A stretch of 64,000 nucleotides of DNA, taken from NCBI RefSeq assembly GCF_009914755.1, contig NC_060925.1. One strand, given 5' to 3'. This DNA is from the human T2T-CHM13v2.0 reference genome, Homo sapiens. Positions within the stretch are counted from its first letter, which is position 1, and each line of letters begins with the position of its first letter. Positions 13,072 to 28,170 of the stretch are shown here, piece by piece. A model generated the notes under the pieces. The model did not search any database. It was not told the DNA's origin and saw only the letters and a program-made list of their open reading frames with translations. The position numbers and the translations under genes were made by a program.

Positions 13072-13933
13072 ATTTGTTTCTGCTGATGTTATTTGGGTAT
13101 TGTGTTAATAGCAGCATTCCTAATGGCTATGCTAGTCGCCGTTTCAAGATATAACTCTTCTCTTTCCTCCTCATTCTCTTCTGCTTTTATCTGCCATTGG
13201 CAACCATGAGCATTGCTTTGTTTCACTGGGAGCTCTTTCTTCTGATGAATTTGTAGGAGTCTCATGAAATTTTATTTTCATACCTAGTATGGGGTTTGAG
13301 GACACAGCTATTAAGTGTTTACAGATACATTATTACTTCTTATTACTTTATTTTATTGCTCTATTTGGCTGTATTGGAATAATCTTTGTGTCATACTCGT
13401 GTTATAATTTTTAGAGTGGTAATTTAGTTTTAGCTGTGTGTGTGTGTGCGTGTGTGTAACTCCTGGAACTGTAGATTTATGAGGGACAATACAGTGGGAA
13501 ATGTGCAGCCTAAATCTTAACAACAGGGCATGTTGGGATGGGAACATAAAGCACACAAATAATCAGTACAACACTTTTAAACAGGAGTTTTGTGAAAGTG
13601 AAGTTGTTTTAAATTACCCTTTAGAAACAGGAGATAAAGTGAGGGAGTAGAAAGGCAATAAAGGCTGAAGGATGAGGAAACTGTCTCCTAATGAAATTAG
13701 CTGAACTTTTAGCCTTTGTCTCCAATTGCCAAAGATGGTTAGCTATTACACTGAGCCATGTGAAATTGCTGACAGTCAACGTTTTTTGACCTATTTTATC
13801 CAAGATAATTATAGCCTTAATTAGCAACAACCCAAGCTTCAAAAAAGAGGAATAATTTCTTACTATTACTATTATGTTTTTATTATATAAGAGACACATG
13901 TTTTCTGAAGAAAAAAGAAATGCAGATAAGTGA

Positions 13934-14308
13934 TGATATGGTTTGGATCTGTGTCTCCTCCCAAATCTCATGTTGAATTGTCATCCCCAATGTTGCCGGA
14001 GGGGCCTGGTAGGAGGAGAATGAATTATGGGGTGGACTTCCCCCTTGCTATTTCTGTGATAGAGTGAGTTCTCATGAGATCTGATTCTTTAAAAGTATGT
14101 AGCACCTCCACCTTCTCTCTCTTCCTCCTGTTCTGGCCATGTAAGATGTGCCTGTTTCCCCTTCTGCCATGACTGTGAGTTTCCTGAGGCCTCCCAAGCC
14201 ATGCTTCCTGTACAGCCTGGGGAGCCCTGAGCCGATTAAACCTTTTTTCTTTATAAATTACCCAGTTTCAGGCATTCCTTTATAGCACTGCAAGAATGGA
14301 CTAATATA
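13934..14308 (+). mobile_element. MSTA solo LTR
   Basis: tgatatggtttggatctgtgtc...ggactaatata; 5-bp TSD agtga. Confidence 0.92.
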
Positions 14309-14394
14309 AGTGAAAACAAAAAATGGTCACATATGCATATATAATATTGTATTTAAATATGCTCTTTTTGCTGCTTTTTTAGCATTTCATCTTT

Positions 14395-15232
14395 CTGTTT
14401 ATACTGCCCATCTGTTCTCACATGCTATCTACTTTATCCATTAGAGCACTTTCCATATTAATCACAGTTATTTTAAAGATTTGCTGTAAAGCAACTGTTG
14501 TTAATAGGCCTTTAGTCATGTGGTGTTAAGCTGTCTGGGAGGGGAAGCATTCTTGGGCCCTATAATTAGGTCTCAGCCCTTTAGTGAGCTTGTGCCTTGG
14601 CCTGTGGACTTCACAGTACTTCATCAGTTTCCCCCCACCTCCTTGCACCCACTTAGGTGGGACAGAAGAGCTACAAAGGGCTGGAGTTGGTTAGACTCTG
14701 GAAAAAAACTCAATAGTTTAGGCTTGGTAAAATATTTTCTCTTGAGGTTAGGCCTTGCTAAGAACAGAATGCTCTGGTGTATTTAAAAATGGTTCCTTTT
14801 CCCCTTCTCCCTGCCAGACATGAAGCTCTAGGGAGTTTTTCTCTGATATTCACTGTGAGAACCTGGTTGAGCTTCTGGAGGTAAAGTTCACAAAAGTGTG
14901 GAGCTCCTCTATGAATGAGTCCCCCTGGAGTTTTTAACTCATGGATTTGCCCACAGGGATCCTGCAGTAATTCATCAATTACACTTCAGGTTTTCTTACC
15001 TCCTCACTGGTTTCCATGGAGATTTCTATTCAGGAGTTTCTGCTCTGGTAAATTGTGATTCTCGATTCTCTGAATATGTGTGTCTGTCTCTTCAGTTTTG
15101 GGGACAGGGGTATGTCTGTGACCCCACTTCTCTGACAGATCTAAGAACAGTTGTTGATTTTTCATTTTGTTTGGGTTTTTACTTGTTAGGAGAGAGTGAT
15201 GACTGCCAATCTCCTGATCAGAAATGAGAAGT
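14395..15232 (-). mobile_element. L1MC/L1MD-type 5' region
   Basis: ctgcccatctgttctcacatgctatctactttatccattagagc...aataggcctttagtcatgtggtg...gagttgttgattttcatttg-like motifs. Confidence 0.65.
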
Positions 15233-15364
15233 TTACATGTTATTTGATAACTTGATTTTTTAAAATTTACAATATATTGTGAATATATTTGATACCAGTT
15301 AACTATATTTTTTAAAGTTTGATACGTATTTCATTGTGTGGATATACCATAATTGATTAAAGAA

Positions 15365-15625
15365 CTAGCAAAACTTAATGGTTAAAAGCACAGTTGCTGG
15401 AGTAAGACTACCTGAATTCAAATTCACCTCTTCCACTTATTAGCTGGATGATTGTGGGCAAATTAGTTGACCTCCTTATGCCTCAGTTTCCTAGCCAACA
15501 AAATAGAGATAATACTAGTACCTGTGTCATGGAGTTTTTGGGAGGATTAGATGAGTTAGTAAATATGTAAAGTCTGTACAATAGTGCCTGGTACATAGTG
15601 CCTCTATGAATGTGTTAGACATTAA
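15365..15625 (+). mobile_element. MIR
   Basis: ctggagtaagactacctgaattcaaattc...gcctcagtttcc...gaggattagatgag...gtgcctggtacatag. Confidence 0.85.
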
Positions 15626-15746
15626 GTCATCTTCTGCTGTTGGGCGTTTCTGTTGTTTCCAGTTTTTTACTATGATAAATAATCCTGCAATGTCTCTACT
15701 TAGATCACAATCTTTGTTCACATTCTTAACTGTATTCTTAGCATAT

Positions 15747-16680
15747 ATGTCTATTAGGACACCATTTTGACAAGTGACAGAAAATCCAACTCAAAAGTGG
15801 CTCAAGCAAAATAAATAAGTAAATAAATAGTGCTATGGTCTGAGTATTCAGACCAATTTCCCCTTCAAAATTCATATGCTGAAATCTTAATCCCAGTGGT
15901 GATGGTATTGGGAGGTGGAGCCTTTTGGTGGGTGATTAGGTCATAATGGTAAAACCTGTATGAATGAGATTAGTGCCCTTACAACAGAGACCTCAGAGAG
16001 TTGCCTTGCCCCTTCCACCCTGTGAGGACACTGCAAGAAGTCTCCATCTATGAACCAGAAAGTGGGCACTCGCCGGATACCAAATCTGCCAGAGTCTTGA
16101 TCTTGGGCTTCCTAGCCTCCAGAACTCTCAGAAATAATTTTTTTAAATTTATTTATAAGTTACCCAGTTCATGGTATTTTGTTTTAGCAGGCCAAACTGA
16201 CAAATACAGATAGATACTTTAAAAGTAAATAAAAGTATTGGCTCACTTAAGTGCAAAGTCCAGGACTGGTGCTGTTTGATCCAGGTACTGAAACATTTCT
16301 TGCAGGACTCAGTGCCTTTTTATTTCTCAGCCTTACCCTTTTTCATACTGGATTTATCCTCAGGCTTTACATGGTAGCAAAATGGCTCCAAGCCAAGTCC
16401 TCCTGGATTTGATTCTAGCTAAAAGAAGGGACAGTTTCTCTTTCTTAGAACTGGATGAAAGTCCTGGGCCATACTGGGTCATGAGCCCATCCTTGAATCA
16501 ACTACTATGGCTGGAGGAGTGGAAAGTACTGAATGGCTTAGCCCTGGAGCTGGAGAGGTATCAGTCCAACGCAAATCATGGGAAATAGTCATATAGAAAG
16601 GATGGCTTCATAATCTGAAATACTAACAAAACAAAACAAAAAAAGAAAGGAGAAAGGACACTGCGTAGCCAGAAAATAAA
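15747..16680 (-). mobile_element. MLT1J/K-like LTR interrupted by MLT1A0
   Basis: caagtgacagaaaatccaactcaaaagtggctcaagcaaa...tattggctcac...tgggtcatgagcccatccttgaatcaactact. Confidence 0.6.
15831..16208 (+). mobile_element. MLT1A0-like LTR
   Basis: tgctatggtctgag...aaaattcatatgctgaaatc...cttgatcttgggcttcctagcctccagaact. Confidence 0.88.
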
Positions 16681-17002
16681 AGAAATATTAATTTCTTAGA
16701 CGAGGTATTTCTGGGTGAGGAGGATTCTGGATTAAGACTTTTGATACATTTTGCCAACTTTTTTTACTCCAAAAAGTTTGTACCAATCTGCTTTCTCATT
16801 AGCAGTATAAAACGAGCCATTTTCTGGGATTGTAGCCAACAAAATATTTCTTGTATTGTTTTTCTCAATCGTATTTCTTGATATGGTAGGCCAGAAGAAA
16901 GTATTTAATTTCAATTTGTAGTTCCTTGTAAATTGAATTGCATATTGGTTTGATATATTTGTATGTGTTTATTGGCCATGTGCATTTATTCTTTTGTAAA
17001 TT

Positions 17003-17560
<558 letters not shown>

Positions 17561-17974
17561 TTATTGAATTTGTTAGTGATTTATTATAGATATTTTTCCA
17601 TGTTTATAGTTCCACTTATAATTTTAATTATGGCATTTTAAAAAACATACTGATGTTTATATTTTTAGGAAGTAAAATTATTAATATTTTCATTTATTGT
17701 TTCAACCTTTGATGTAATATTTATGAAGGTATTTTCCATTCTTAGACTATTCAAAGATTTACATAAATTTACTTCGAGCATTTCTACTATTTTTTTTTAC
17801 TTTGTATTTAATCCACCTAGAATTTATTTCTTTTTATGAAAAGAAAAAGTTTCAAAATTTTGTTTTTTCAAATGGTTACCTGCTCATACACCATTTATTA
17901 ATTAGGCATCCTTTCTCCACTGATTTGAAAGATTACCTTTATTGTGTGCTCAATATTTCTATAAAAATGGGTCT

Positions 17975-20900
17975 ATTTATTTATTTAATTTTTAGTTTTT
18001 GTGGGTGCATAGTGCATGTATATATTTGTAGGGTACATGAGATATTTTGATACAGGCATACAATGTATAATAATCACATCAGGATAAATGGGGTATCCAT
18101 CACCTCAAGCATTCATCCTTTCTTTGTGTTACAAACAATCCATTTATACTCTTTTGGTTACTTTTTAATGTACAATAAATTGTCATTGGCTGTAGTCACC
18201 CTGTTGTACTATCAAATACTATATTTTATTCATTTCTATCTAACTATATTTTTATACCCATTAACCATCCCCACTTCCCCCACCCTTTTCAGCCTCTAGT
18301 AACCATCATTCTACCCTCTAACTCCATGAGTTCAATTTTTATTAATTAATTAATTTTTGTTAATTTTTAGCTTCCACAAATAAGTGAGAACACGAGAAGT
18401 TTATCTTTGTGTGCCTGGCTTATTTCACTTAACATAATGTCCTCCAGTTCCATCCATATTGTTGCAAGTGACATGTTCTCATTCTTTTTTATGGCTGAAC
18501 AGTATTCCATTGTATATATATGTACCACATTTTAAAAAATCTATTCATCTGTTGATGGACACTTAGATTGCTTCCAAATCTTGGCTATTGTCAACAATGC
18601 TGCAACAAACATGAGAGTGCAGATATCTATTTGATATACTGATTTACTTTCTTTTGGGTATATACCCAGCAATAGGATTGCTGGATCATATGGTAGCTCT
18701 ATTTTTAGTTTTTTGAGGAACCGCAGACTGTTCTCCATAGTGGGTATGCTAATTTACATTCCCACCAACAGTGTATGAGAGAGTCCTTGTATTAGTCTGT
18801 TTTCATGCTGCTGATAAAGACATACCCAAGACTGGGCAATTTATAAAAGAAAGAGATTTAATGGACTTACAGTTTCACATGGCTGGGGAGGCCTCACAAT
18901 CATGGCGGGAAGCAAGAAGGAGTAAGTCATGTCTTACATGAATGGCAGCAGGCAAAGAGAGAGCTTGTGAAGGGAAACTTCTTTTGAAACCATCAGATCT
19001 CATGAGTCTTATTCACCATCACGAGAACAGCATGAGAAAGACCTGCCCCCATGATTCCATTACCTCCCTCTGGGTTCTTCCCATGACACATGGGAATTGT
19101 GAGAGTTACAATTCAAGATGAGATTTGGGTGGGGACACAGCCAAACCATGTCAGTCCTTTTTTCTCCACATCCTTACCAACATTCATTATTGCCTGTCTT
19201 TTGGATATAAGTCATTTTAACTGGGATGAGGTAATATTTCATTGTAGTTTTGATTTGCAGTCCTCTGATGATCAATGAGGGTTCAGCACCCTTTCATATA
19301 CCTGTTTACCATTTGTATGTCTTCTTTTGAGAAAGAAGACTTGTATGTCTATTCAAGTCTTTTGCCCACTTTTTGATGGGATTATTAGATTTTTTCCCAT
19401 AGAGTTGTTTGAGCTCCTTGTGTATTCTGGTTATTAATCCTTTGTCAGATGAGTAGTTTGTAGATATTTTCTCCCATTCTATGGGCTGTTTCCTCACTTT
19501 GTTGATCGTTTGCTGTGCAGAAGCTTTTTAATTTGATGTGATGTTCCTTCTATATCCAGTTTTTTTAGAGTTTTTATCATGAAGTGATTTTGAATTTTAT
19601 CAAATGTGTTTTCAGCATCAGTTGAAATGATCATAGGGTTTTTGTCTTTTATCCAGTTGATGGGATGTGTCACACTGATTCATTTGCGGATGTTGAATCA
19701 TCATAGCATTAAATCCCATTTGGTTATGATGAATCACCTTTTTAATGTGTGGTCGAATGCAGTTTGCTAGTATTTTGGTGAGAATTTCTGCATCAGTGTT
19801 CATCAGGGATATTGCCCTGTAGTTTTCCTTTTTTGGTTTGTCTTTGGTTTTGGTTTCAGGTTAACACTGGCCTCATAGAATGAGTTTGGGAGTGTTCCCT
19901 CCTCTTCTACTGTATTTTTTGGAATAGTTTGAGTAGGATTGGTACTAGTTCTTCTTTCAAAGTTTGGTAAAATTCATCAGTGAAGTCATCAGGTCCCAGG
20001 CTTTTCTTTGCTGGGAGACTTTTTATTATGTCTTCAATTTTATTACTTGTTATTAGTCTGTTCAGGTTTTGGATTTCTTCGTGGTTCAATGTTGATAGGT
20101 GCATATGTCTAGGGATTTTTCTATTTCTTCTAGGTTTTCCAATTTGTTGACATATAATTGATCATAGTAATCTTTAATGATACTTTGAATTTCTGTGGTA
20201 TCAGTTTTAATGTCTCCTTTTCCATCTCCAGTTTTATTTATTTGAGTCTGCTCTCTTTTTTTCTTAGTCTGGCTAAAGGTGTGTCTATTTTGTTTATATT
20301 TTCAAAAAACCAACTTTTTGTTTTGTTGATTTTTTTTAGTTTTTTTTTTTTCATTTCAGTTTCATTTATTTCTGCTCTGACTTGTATTATTTCTTTTCTC
20401 CTACTAATTTTGGGATTGATTTGCTCTTGCTTTTCTAATTATTTAAGATGCATCATTAGATTGTTTATTTGAAGTTAATTTACTTTTTTGATGTAGGTGC
20501 TTATTGCTGTAAACTTTCCTCTTGGTACTGCTTTCACTGTATCCCATAGGTTTTGGTACATTTTGTTTCCAGAAATTTTTCAATTTCTTTCTTAATTTCT
20601 TCATTGACTCACTGGTCATTCAGGAGCATATTGTTTAAATTCCATGTATTTGTATAGTTTCCAAAATTCCTCTTGTTATTGATTTCTGGTTTTATTCCAT
20701 TGTGATGAGAGAAGATGCTTAATATTATTTAATTTTTTTCAATATTTTAAGACTTGTTTTGTGATCTAACATACAGTCTATCCTTGAGAATGATTCATGG
20801 GCTGAGAGAAAGAATGTGTATTCTGGAGCCATTGGTTGAAATATTCTGTAAATATCTATTAGGTCCATTTGGTCTATAGTGCAAATTAAGTCTGATATTT

Positions 20901-22677
20901 CTTGACTTTCTGTCTGGATGATCAGTCCAATGCTGAAAGTGGAGTGTTGAAGTCTCCAACTATTATTGTATTGGGGTCTGTCTTTCTCTTTAGATCTAAT
21001 AATATTTGCTTTATATATTTGGGTGCTCCAGTGTTAGGTGCATATATATTTAAAAGTATTATATCTTTTTGCTGAATTGACCCCTTGATCATTATGTAAT
21101 AACCTTCTTTGTCTCTTTTTATAGTTTTTGTCTTGAAATCTATTTTGTCTAGTATAAGTATAGCTACTCTTGCTCCTTTTTGGTTTCCATTGGCATGGAA
21201 GATCTTTTTTCATCCCTTTATGCTAAGTCTGTGTGTGTCTTTATAGGTGAAACGTGTTTCTTGTAGGCAGCACATCTTTAGGTCTTATTTGTTATCCTTT
21301 CAGCCACTCTGTCTTTTGACTGGAGGGTTTAATTTATTTACATTCAATGTTATTATTGAAAAGTAAGGACTTATTCCTACCATTTTGTTATTTGTTTGCT
21401 GGTTGTTTTATGGTCTTCTCTTCCTTCTCTCCTTCCTTCCTATCCTCCTATTAGTGAAAGTGATTTTCTCTGTTGGTATGTTATAATTTCTTGCTTTTTA
21501 TTTTTTATGTATCTCTTGTATGTTTTTTCATTTGCAGTTATCATGAGACTTGCAAATAATATAATCTACTATTTTAACTGATGACAACTTAATACTGATT
21601 GTATAAACAAACAAGCAAGCAAAAAGGAAACAAATAAAAACTCTACTCTTTAACTTCTTCCCCCTGCTTTTTGCTTTTTGTTGTATCTTATTATACCGTC
21701 TATGTCTTGAAAAGCTGTCAAAGTTATTATTTTTGTTAGGTTCATCTTTTAGTCTTTCTGCTCAAGATAAGAGTAGTTTACACACACCAAAATTACAGTG
21801 TTATAATATTCTGTGTTTTTTTTCTGTGTACTTACTATTACCAATGAGTTTTTTTACCTTCAGATGACCTCTTGTTGCTCATTAACATATTTTTCTTTTA
21901 GACCAAAGAACTTTCTTTAGCATTTCTTGTAGGACAGGTCTGATGTTGATGAAGTCCCTCAGCTTTGGCTTATCTGAGAAAGGCTTTATTTCTCCTCCAT
22001 GTTTGAAAGATATTTTCTTTGGATATACTATTCTAGGAAAATGGAAATGTTTTTTCGTTTGGCACTTTAAATATGTCATGTCACTCTCTCCTGACTTGTA
22101 AGTTTCCACTGAGAAGTATGCTACCAGAGGTATTGAAACTCCTTTGGGAGTTTTATTATTAAATACCTTGAGGTGGTCTTCTTTGGGTAAAATATGCTTG
22201 GTGTTCTGTAACCTTCTTGTATTTGGATATTGATATCTTCCTCTAGGTTTTGGAAGTTCTATTATTATCCCTTTGAATAAACTTTCTATCCCTATTTGTC
22301 TCTTAAAGGCAAATAACTCTTAGATTCACCCTTCTGAGGCTATTTTCTAGATCTCTATGTGTGTGCTTCATGCTTTTTTTTTATTTTTAAATTTTGTTTC
22401 CTCTGACTGTGTATTTTCAAATAGCCTGTCTTCAAGCTCACTAATTCTTTCCTCTGCTTGATCAATTCTGCTTTTAAAGGACTCTGGTGCATTATTCTGT
22501 ATGTCTATTACATTTCTCAACTCCAGAATTTCTGCTTGATTCTTTTAAATTACTTCAATCTCTTTGTTAAATTTATCTGCTAGGATTCTGAATTCCTTCT
22601 CTGTGTTATCCTAACTTTCATTGAGCTCCCTCAAAACAGCAACTTTGAATTCTCTAAGAGGTCACATATCTTTGTCT
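17975..22677 (-). mobile_element. L1MA2/3-like, 5'-truncated in ORF1, internal ORF2 deletion near 19545
   Basis: 3' end gggtacatgagatattttgatacaggcatac; ORF2 fragments; ORF1 C-terminus FPRIVYPKKISFKHGGEIKPFSDKPKLRDF (21882-22109). Confidence 0.9.
18788..19153 (-). mobile_element. THE1B/C solo LTR nested in L1
   Basis: tgtattagtctgttttcatgctgctgataaagac...ccaaaccatgtca; TSD gtcct. Confidence 0.95.
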
Positions 22678-22771
22678 CAAACAGATCTACTTACAATATA
22701 ATGACATACCTCTATATTCTTACACCAGCACCACATTGTTCAAATTCTTACAGACTTACAATGTATTCTAA

Positions 22772-22955
22772 TACCACATTTCATTGATTCTAAGGTTTTA
22801 AAAAACATTTTAAGATCTCTGATATCAGAATGTCTCTTACAATAGAAAAAAAAGAATTATATCACAACTTAACTGTGAGCATTTAACATTTTTAATAGTA
22901 TGTAAAAAATGGTTTCTCTTATAGTCAATAACACTTTCAATTGAATAAATTATGG
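22772..22955. mobile_element. Old Tigger-family MITE (same TIR type as 17003)
   Basis: taccacatttcattgattctaag ... ttgaataaattatgg. Confidence 0.6.
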
Positions 22956-23177
22956 GGTATAAAATGTTTATCTACCTGCTTAATCATCCTTTTTAGTATT
23001 TTGGCTCTTATCTGTTTACTCTTCCATGTTAATATTAGAATCACTTTGTCAAAATATTTTGTAATTTATTGAGAATTGTGATAAATTTATTAATTTTAAA
23101 AAGTATAATCTTCAAAATATTAAATATTTTCAAATTCTTCTTTAACTACCGTCAATAAGGTTTTATGGATTTTTTAA

Positions 23178-23496
<319 letters not shown>

Positions 23497-23528
23497 TTTT
23501 AGATTTTTAAAATATCAACTTTAGTTTG

Positions 23529-23895
23529 TAATATGGTTTGGCTCTGTGTCCCCACCGAAATCTCATCTCTAATTGTAATTCCCACGTGTCAGGGAAGGGA
23601 CTTGGTGGGAGGTGCCTGGATTATGGAGGCAGTTTCCTCCATGCTGTTCTCATGATACTGAGTGAGTTCTTACAAGATCTGATGGTTTAAAAGTGTTTAA
23701 TAGTTCCCCCTGGATCTCTCTCTCTCCTGGTGCTTTGTGAAGAAGGTGCTTGCTTCCCCTTTGCCTTCCACCTTAATTGTAAGTTTCCTGAGGCCTCCCC
23801 AGCCATGTGGAACTGTGAGTCAATTAAATCTCCTTTCTTTATAAATTATCCAGTCTCAGGTAGTTCTTTATAGCAGTGTGAAAATGAACTATACA
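23529..23895 (+). mobile_element. THE1D-like solo LTR
   Basis: atatggtttggctctgtgtcccc...tatagcagtgtgaaaatgaactataca; TSD gtttg. Confidence 0.92.
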
Positions 23896-24220
23896 GTTTG
23901 TGCATATGCATCACTATGAATGGGATCTCTTTTGTATTATATCTTCTAAATTGTTATTCATCCTGCATGGAAAAGCTGCTGATTTTTGTTTGTTTGGGCA
24001 TATGGAATTTATCCTGAGAACTTAGATATCAGAAAAGAAATCAGGAAAAAGTAAGAAGTTTATTATAATCAACTCTCTTTCCCCCAAAATGATTAGGTGA
24101 CAGAAAAAGGCATTAAGAAAGGAAATTAAAATAATATACAAATGCTTTATTTTAGCCATAAGTTTGGATCATCTTTGTCAAGCAACATTTTGTTGGAACT
24201 ATATGTGACTTTATTAAGTA

Positions 24221-24558
24221 TGTGTCTTGGTCACTTCAGGCTGCTATAACAAAATAACTTACACATCACAAAATGATATCTATTACAATTCTGAGGCTAG
24301 AAGTCCCAAGTCAAGGCACCAGCACATTTGGTGTCTAGTGAGGGCCTACTTTCTGGTTCGTAGAGGGCACTTTCCTGCTGTGCCCTCACATGCTGGAATT
24401 CTGGGGCCTCTTTTATAAGGGCACTAATCCCATTCATGAAGGTTTCCGCCTCCATGATCTAATCACCTGCCAAAGGCCCTACTACTTAATACCATCACAT
24501 TGGTGATTAGGTTTCAACATATGGATTTTGGGAGGATACAAATATTCAGGCCATAGCA
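24221..24558 (-). mobile_element. MLT1A-like LTR
   Basis: ggctgctataacaaaa...tataagggcactaatcccattcatga...attcaggccatagca. Confidence 0.85.
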
Positions 24559-25159
24559 ATGGAGCACAGAAATAACTATGCTGGGAAATTTCACATTGCT
24601 CCTGAAGGTCTCAGTGCCTTTTTGGGGTCCAGAGACTTGGGCTCTGGGTCTGGCTCAGATCAGGTGAGATCCTACAGGAGACACTCATATTTTTAGAGCT
24701 ATACTTCCTCATCTGTAAAATGATGACTTTGGGCCAAATTATTCTAAGATTTTTCTGCCCTAACATTCTGGGGACTATTAATGAGTAATAAAATTGACTG
24801 ATGAAGTTTATCCCCTTTTTGTCATTACCTATCCTCAGCCAGCAAAAAGAAACATTAGAAGACAAGGACCAAGTGAAGGAGCCAGAGAAACAAGGTGCCC
24901 ATATAATATATAATATCAACATTCAACCCTCGAGTACCTGAATGTTGTATCGCACTGCTGGACAAAGCACCAGAGCAGGCATTGTCCTCTGGTACCAGGA
25001 ACCATCCAGTTTATTACCAGCCTTTTGTTGGTAGCTCTTTTGCCCCAGATAATGTCCTATTTGATTTTGTCTTGACTAAGCACCTGCCTGTACCTACTGC
25101 CTTGTAAGAAACAAAATCTGAAAGAAGGAAAAAGAAACATGGTAGGAGCATAATAGCTG

Positions 25160-27085
25160 GCTGTTTATTCACTGAAGGAGCATTTATAGATCTTCTTTCT
25201 ATTTAGGACCCAGAATGCACCAAATACCACAAGTGGGACTTTTGTAGGGACCAGGTATAATCTTTCCTCTCAACAATGGGTTACAGATATATAAACAAAC
25301 ATTCATGCAAAGGATTATTTTAGGTGCTATGATAGAAATCTTAATTAGATATTGTGGGGATAGAAAAGAAAGAGTTTAATTTTGCAAGGATGACCAAGAA
25401 AGGCATAGAGTTGCTAAGCCTGGTTCCATTTTGAAAGGCAGAGGTGGAGAAGGATATGTCCATATAGGGAATGGCAAGAGCAGAGGGGCAGGGGCATGAC
25501 CCAGCCTGGAGAGGCTGCAGGTCTAAATATAGGCTACAGGGATGGGCACAGGAAAAATACTAAAGGTATGTTTAAACCGTGTTTAAAACATTGCGGAATT
25601 TACCTCTTAGTGAAGCTATGGCAGGCTTTTAAGCAATGGGGTTCAGTGGGCAAATTTACATTCTAAAGAGATCATTCTATCGTATGAAACCTGCATGATT
25701 TGAGAAGGTTTCAATGCACTGACAAGGAGTCTAGTGAAGAGAGAGCTGCAGTAGTCCAGGTGAGAACAAAGTCCACATTGACATGAAAAAGTGGAGAAAG
25801 TGGCATGTCTATGTGATGATGGATTAGTTTTCTATCATGGCATAACAAAACATCACAAACTTGGTGACTTAAAACGGCACCCATTTGTTAGCTCACAATT
25901 CTGTAGTTCAGAAGACTGGGCCTGCTGTGGGTATGTTCTCTGGACAGTGTCTCACAAAGTTGAAACCAAAGCGTCAGCTAGAGCTATAGCTCTCATCTGG
26001 GGCCAGAGGTCCACTTCCAACCTCATTCAGGCTGTTGGCAGAATTTATTTTCTTGCAGTTGTAGGACTGCAGTCACAATTTTCCTAGTAGCTGTCCCACG
26101 GTAGCCACTCTAAGCTGCTAGAAGCTGTCCCTCTCCATCTAGAGTTCTCGACATGGATCTTCATTTTCTTTTAGAGCTATACTTCATAGCTCTTCATTTT
26201 CTTCATGTTGGCTGGATTGCATCTCTCTGATTTCCCTTTCTGTGACCAGCCTGAATAAACTCTCTTCTTTTAAAGGACTTGGATGTTTAGATTACCCAGA
26301 TAACCTCTTTCCTTAAAGTTATCTATATGATATTACCTAACCTAATATCAGGAGTAAAATTATTCATATTCACAGTCCCAGGGATTATGCATGGTGTGTA
26401 CATGGCAGGAAATCTTAGGAAGGGTCCTCTTAGAATTCTGCCCCCCACAAATGGTACAAAACAACAATAACAAGAGTAAAAAGTAGACTAGATAGACACT
26501 GTTTCCAATTGCATGAAGGAAGAAGAAAGAGGAAAAGACTCAGTGATTTTTTTTGGCTGGGTGGTATAATTACCAGGGTAAGGAGGATGAAAGGACAAAG
26601 GGGCTGGGATTCTACTTTGGGCTTGGTGAGGTTGACGTGTCTGTGAGCTATGCAGTTAGTCCAGGAGACAGTAGGATTAGGAATACAGGAAAATAGTTGG
26701 GAAAGAAATACAAGATTTTTAGTTAGTAGCAGATAGATGCTAGGAACACCATGGGACTGGATAAAATGGGTTTTATTTTAATTGTGTAAACTTCTCTGCA
26801 TTCCTAAACTATATGTTCCTTGATGGCAGATCTATGTGTTTCCATTTCTGTATGTTGGGTGCCTTCCATATAGTATGTGCTCAGGAATGTTATGGATGGA
26901 TGAATTGTTGAGATTATGCAGGTAAAACATTCTAAGTAAAAAGTTAAGGGCTGAGAACAGAACCCTGGGCAATGTCAGCATTTATGGAATGAGCAAAGGA
27001 TGAAGAGTCCATGAAGGGGGAAAAGTCAGGTGGAAAATCAGAAGAGAGCAGTGCCTGCAAAAGACAGGAGGAGAGTCTCAAGAGG
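25160..27085 (-). mobile_element. L2 fragments interrupted by MLT1E
   Basis: tttattcactgaaggagcatttat; ggcttttaagcaatggg; gcagtagtccaggtgaga; gggctgagaacagaaccctggg. Confidence 0.6.
25820..26448 (-). mobile_element. MLT1E-like LTR
   Basis: cataacaaaacatcacaaacttggtgacttaaaac...caggctgttggcagaatttattttcttgcagttgtaggactg...cttagaattctgccccccaca. Confidence 0.85.
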
Positions 27086-27089
27086 AAAA

Positions 27090-27330
27090 GCTACCATGAA
27101 AACAATACTGAACATTTTACTGAACAATTACTCTCTGCCAAGTAACGTGTGTGAAGTTTACTTAATCCTCAAAATAATCCCATGGTGTAGGAACTCTTTT
27201 TATACAGAAGAGGAAGCTGGGGCCCAGAGACGTAAAATTTTTCCTGGATCACACTACTGGTCAACAAGAGAGATGAACTCTAAGTCCTGGACACATGACC
27301 CCAGAGCCGAAGCTCTTAAACACTAAATTA
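27090..27330 (-). mobile_element. MIR
   Basis: ttaatcctcaaaataatccc...tacagaagaggaagctggggcccagaga. Confidence 0.7.
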
Positions 27331-27473
27331 CACAGGTGTTCTACCCCTTCTCCCTTCTTGCTGAAGAGAAAAAACTCCTAACCAGGACAAACAGAAAACC
27401 CAGTGGAAGAAATAGCATTTGGCCCTTGATAGATGGGCTGTACTTTAGCAACGGAGCTGGAGGAAGCCCAGGT

Positions 27474-27565
27474 AGGTTTGCCAGATTTAGCAAATAAAAA
27501 TACAGGACACACAGTTAAATCTGAATTTCAGATTAAGATTTTTTCTTAGTATAAATATGTCCCCA
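27474..27565 (+). mobile_element. MER53 fragment (hAT)
   Basis: aggtttgccagatttagcaaataaaaatacaggacac..agttaaatctgaatttcaga. Confidence 0.8.
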
Positions 27566-27799
27566 TTATATAGCATGCTCCAATCAGGCTAGAATTTTTA
27601 CTCTCCCTTTTTACTTCTACGCTTCATAGCTCATGCTCTTCATCTCTACGGCACACTGTACCCTTTCTTTTTGCCAGTCTTAATGTTACCCATCCTCGAA
27701 GCCCCATCCATATTAACTGTCATTTGCCCAGCATTCCTACCTAAAAAATACATTCATATGGATGACCTCATTTGATTTACAAAGCACTCTTGCAAGTAA

Positions 27800-28170
<371 letters not shown>

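Noticed and set aside
24690-26185. ttttagagctat resembles the S. pyogenes CRISPR repeat/sgRNA scaffold start (two copies)
   Set aside because: Only ~12 nt match, no repeat-spacer array, no cas genes, primate repeat context.
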